Positions 62,726-64,000 of a stretch of 64,000 bases of DNA are shown piece after piece. The stretch's first letter is position 1. Each line of letters opens with the position of its first letter. The notes beneath the pieces are model-generated. The model was not told the origin of the DNA. It saw only the letters and a program-made list of their open reading frames with translations, and made no database searches. The DNA is from Pristiophorus japonicus (taxonomy: Eukaryota): positions 107,942,001-108,006,000 of the forward strand of contig NC_091987.1 in NCBI RefSeq assembly GCF_044704955.1. Direction: 5' to 3'. The translations under genes and the position numbers were made by a program.

Positions 62726-63137
62726 AGTGTCAGCTGTGGCTCAGTGGGTAGCACACTTGCTCCTGAGTCAGAAGGTTGTGGGTTCAAATCCCACTCCAGG
62801 GATTAAGCACATAAATCTAGGCTGAGGGAGTGCTGCACTGTTGGAGGTGCTGTCTTTCAGATGAGACATTAAACCAGTAGGCAGTCTGTCCTCTCAAATG
62901 GATATAAAAGATCACATGGCACTGTTTTGAAGAAGAGCAGGAGAGTTATCCCTGGTGTCCTAGCCAATATTTATCCCTTAATCAACATCACTAAAACAGA
63001 TTATTTTGTCATTGCTGTTTGTGGGAGCTTGCTGTGCACAAATTGGCTGCCACTTTTTCCACATTACAACATTGGCTGTAAAGCACATTGAGACGTCCGG
63101 TGGTTGTGAAAGGCACTATATAAATATAAGTCTTTCT
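62726..63137 (+). mobile_element. Full-length tRNA-Deu SINE
   Basis: A box TGGCTCAGTGG, B box GGTTCAAATCC, Deu core and tail. Confidence 0.88.
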
Positions 63138-63247
63138 CCCTTATATATATATGTATTTCCTTGGTTAAACAAGCCATTCAAATCTGTTGACAAAAATTGT
63201 AACTAACTTCACTTTCATCTTCACAGGATGATCTAAGCCCTTCAATT

Positions 63248-63580
63248 AGAGAGAAACTGTTCCCAGTGGTAGAAGGGTCAAGAACCAGAGGACACATATT
63301 CAAGGTGATTGACAAAAGAATCAAAGGCGACATAAAAAATAACTGTTTTTACCCGGCGAATGGGTAGGATCTGGAATGTACTGCCTGAAAGGGTGGTGGA
63401 GGCAGACTCAATCACAGCTTTCAAAAAGGATTTGGATAAGCATCTCAAAGAAAAAAAATTGCAGGGCTTTGGGGAAAGGGCAGAGAGTGGGATTAGCTGA
63501 GGTGCTCTTGCAGAGAGCTGGCACGGGCTCGATGGGCCGAATGGCTTTCTTCCATGCTGTAACCATTCTATGGTTCTATG
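63248..63580 (+). mobile_element. Old CR1 3' end
   Basis: EKLFPVVEGSRTRGH remnant and ATTCTATG tail. Confidence 0.8.
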
Positions 63581-64000
63581 AATTATGCAAAAACCTCATT
63601 ACTCACTTCCAGCTATCTTTTATTCTATATATAACGATATATTTAAAGTTTATTCTCTATATAAAACTTACGTCTGGTCACAAAGCTATTCTTTTCGTCT
63701 GCCTAGTACAAAATAATGCCTTTATTGGAATACCCTCCTGTGAATCGTGTGACAACGTTATTGTGTAGTGGTCTTCAATTGATGTCACCTCCGCTCTACT
63801 TTTATCTGCCGCTGACATTATTTTTATTCGCCTAGAAATCATAGCACATACATAATTAAGCGACAATGTACCAGTGCGAATTCCATAACAGATAATTAAA
63901 GATCGACCAGCTGAGGAACAAGGTGTTCGTTGCCTATGATAATATGCTCTCTAGTGCCAGCTTGGCTCAGTTCACAGCACACTTGTCAGAAGGGTGTGAG

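Noticed and set aside
62726-62800. tRNA gene
   Set aside because: tRNA-derived SINE head that continues into the Deu core.
28701-64000. Alternative DSCAM exon arrays as in arthropods, or the upstream exon
   Set aside because: No Ig-like exon or duplicate found by eye in over 35 kb; a tBLASTn would be needed to exclude a diverged exon.

Overview
Vertebrate genomic DNA, very probably from a shark or other elasmobranch, judged by its repeat families (CR1 with (ATGTTTCT)n tails, L2, RTE, tRNA-Deu SINEs, Penelope). The window lies inside a DSCAM gene on the minus strand. Three coding exons with canonical AG/GT borders and compatible phases are present: 28698-28499, 5901-5805 and 2013-1885. They encode Ig domain 9 and the start of FN3 repeat 1 (human exons 12-14 as I recall them). 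The rest is intron, much of it nested mobile DNA. This includes a decayed two-gene PIF/Harbinger transposon, GC-rich Harbinger-type MITEs, two very young CR1 copies with unbroken ORF2 segments, several RTE and L2 fragments, a twin-primed RTE, a Vingi/Ingi-like LINE end, a Penelope end with a hammerhead core, a truncated Gypsy element and three solo LTRs. I do not see a clearly new biological system. The most promising leads are the Harbinger pair with its spliced Myb/SANT gene, the Penelope hammerhead, DSCAML1-like residues (including RGD) in this DSCAM Ig9, a bipartite RTE-derived SINE, and several inverted repeats that could fold the DSCAM pre-mRNA. Repeat boundaries were read by eye and are approximate unless a TSD or TIR is quoted. 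Family names and human sequence comparisons come from memory, not from a database search.
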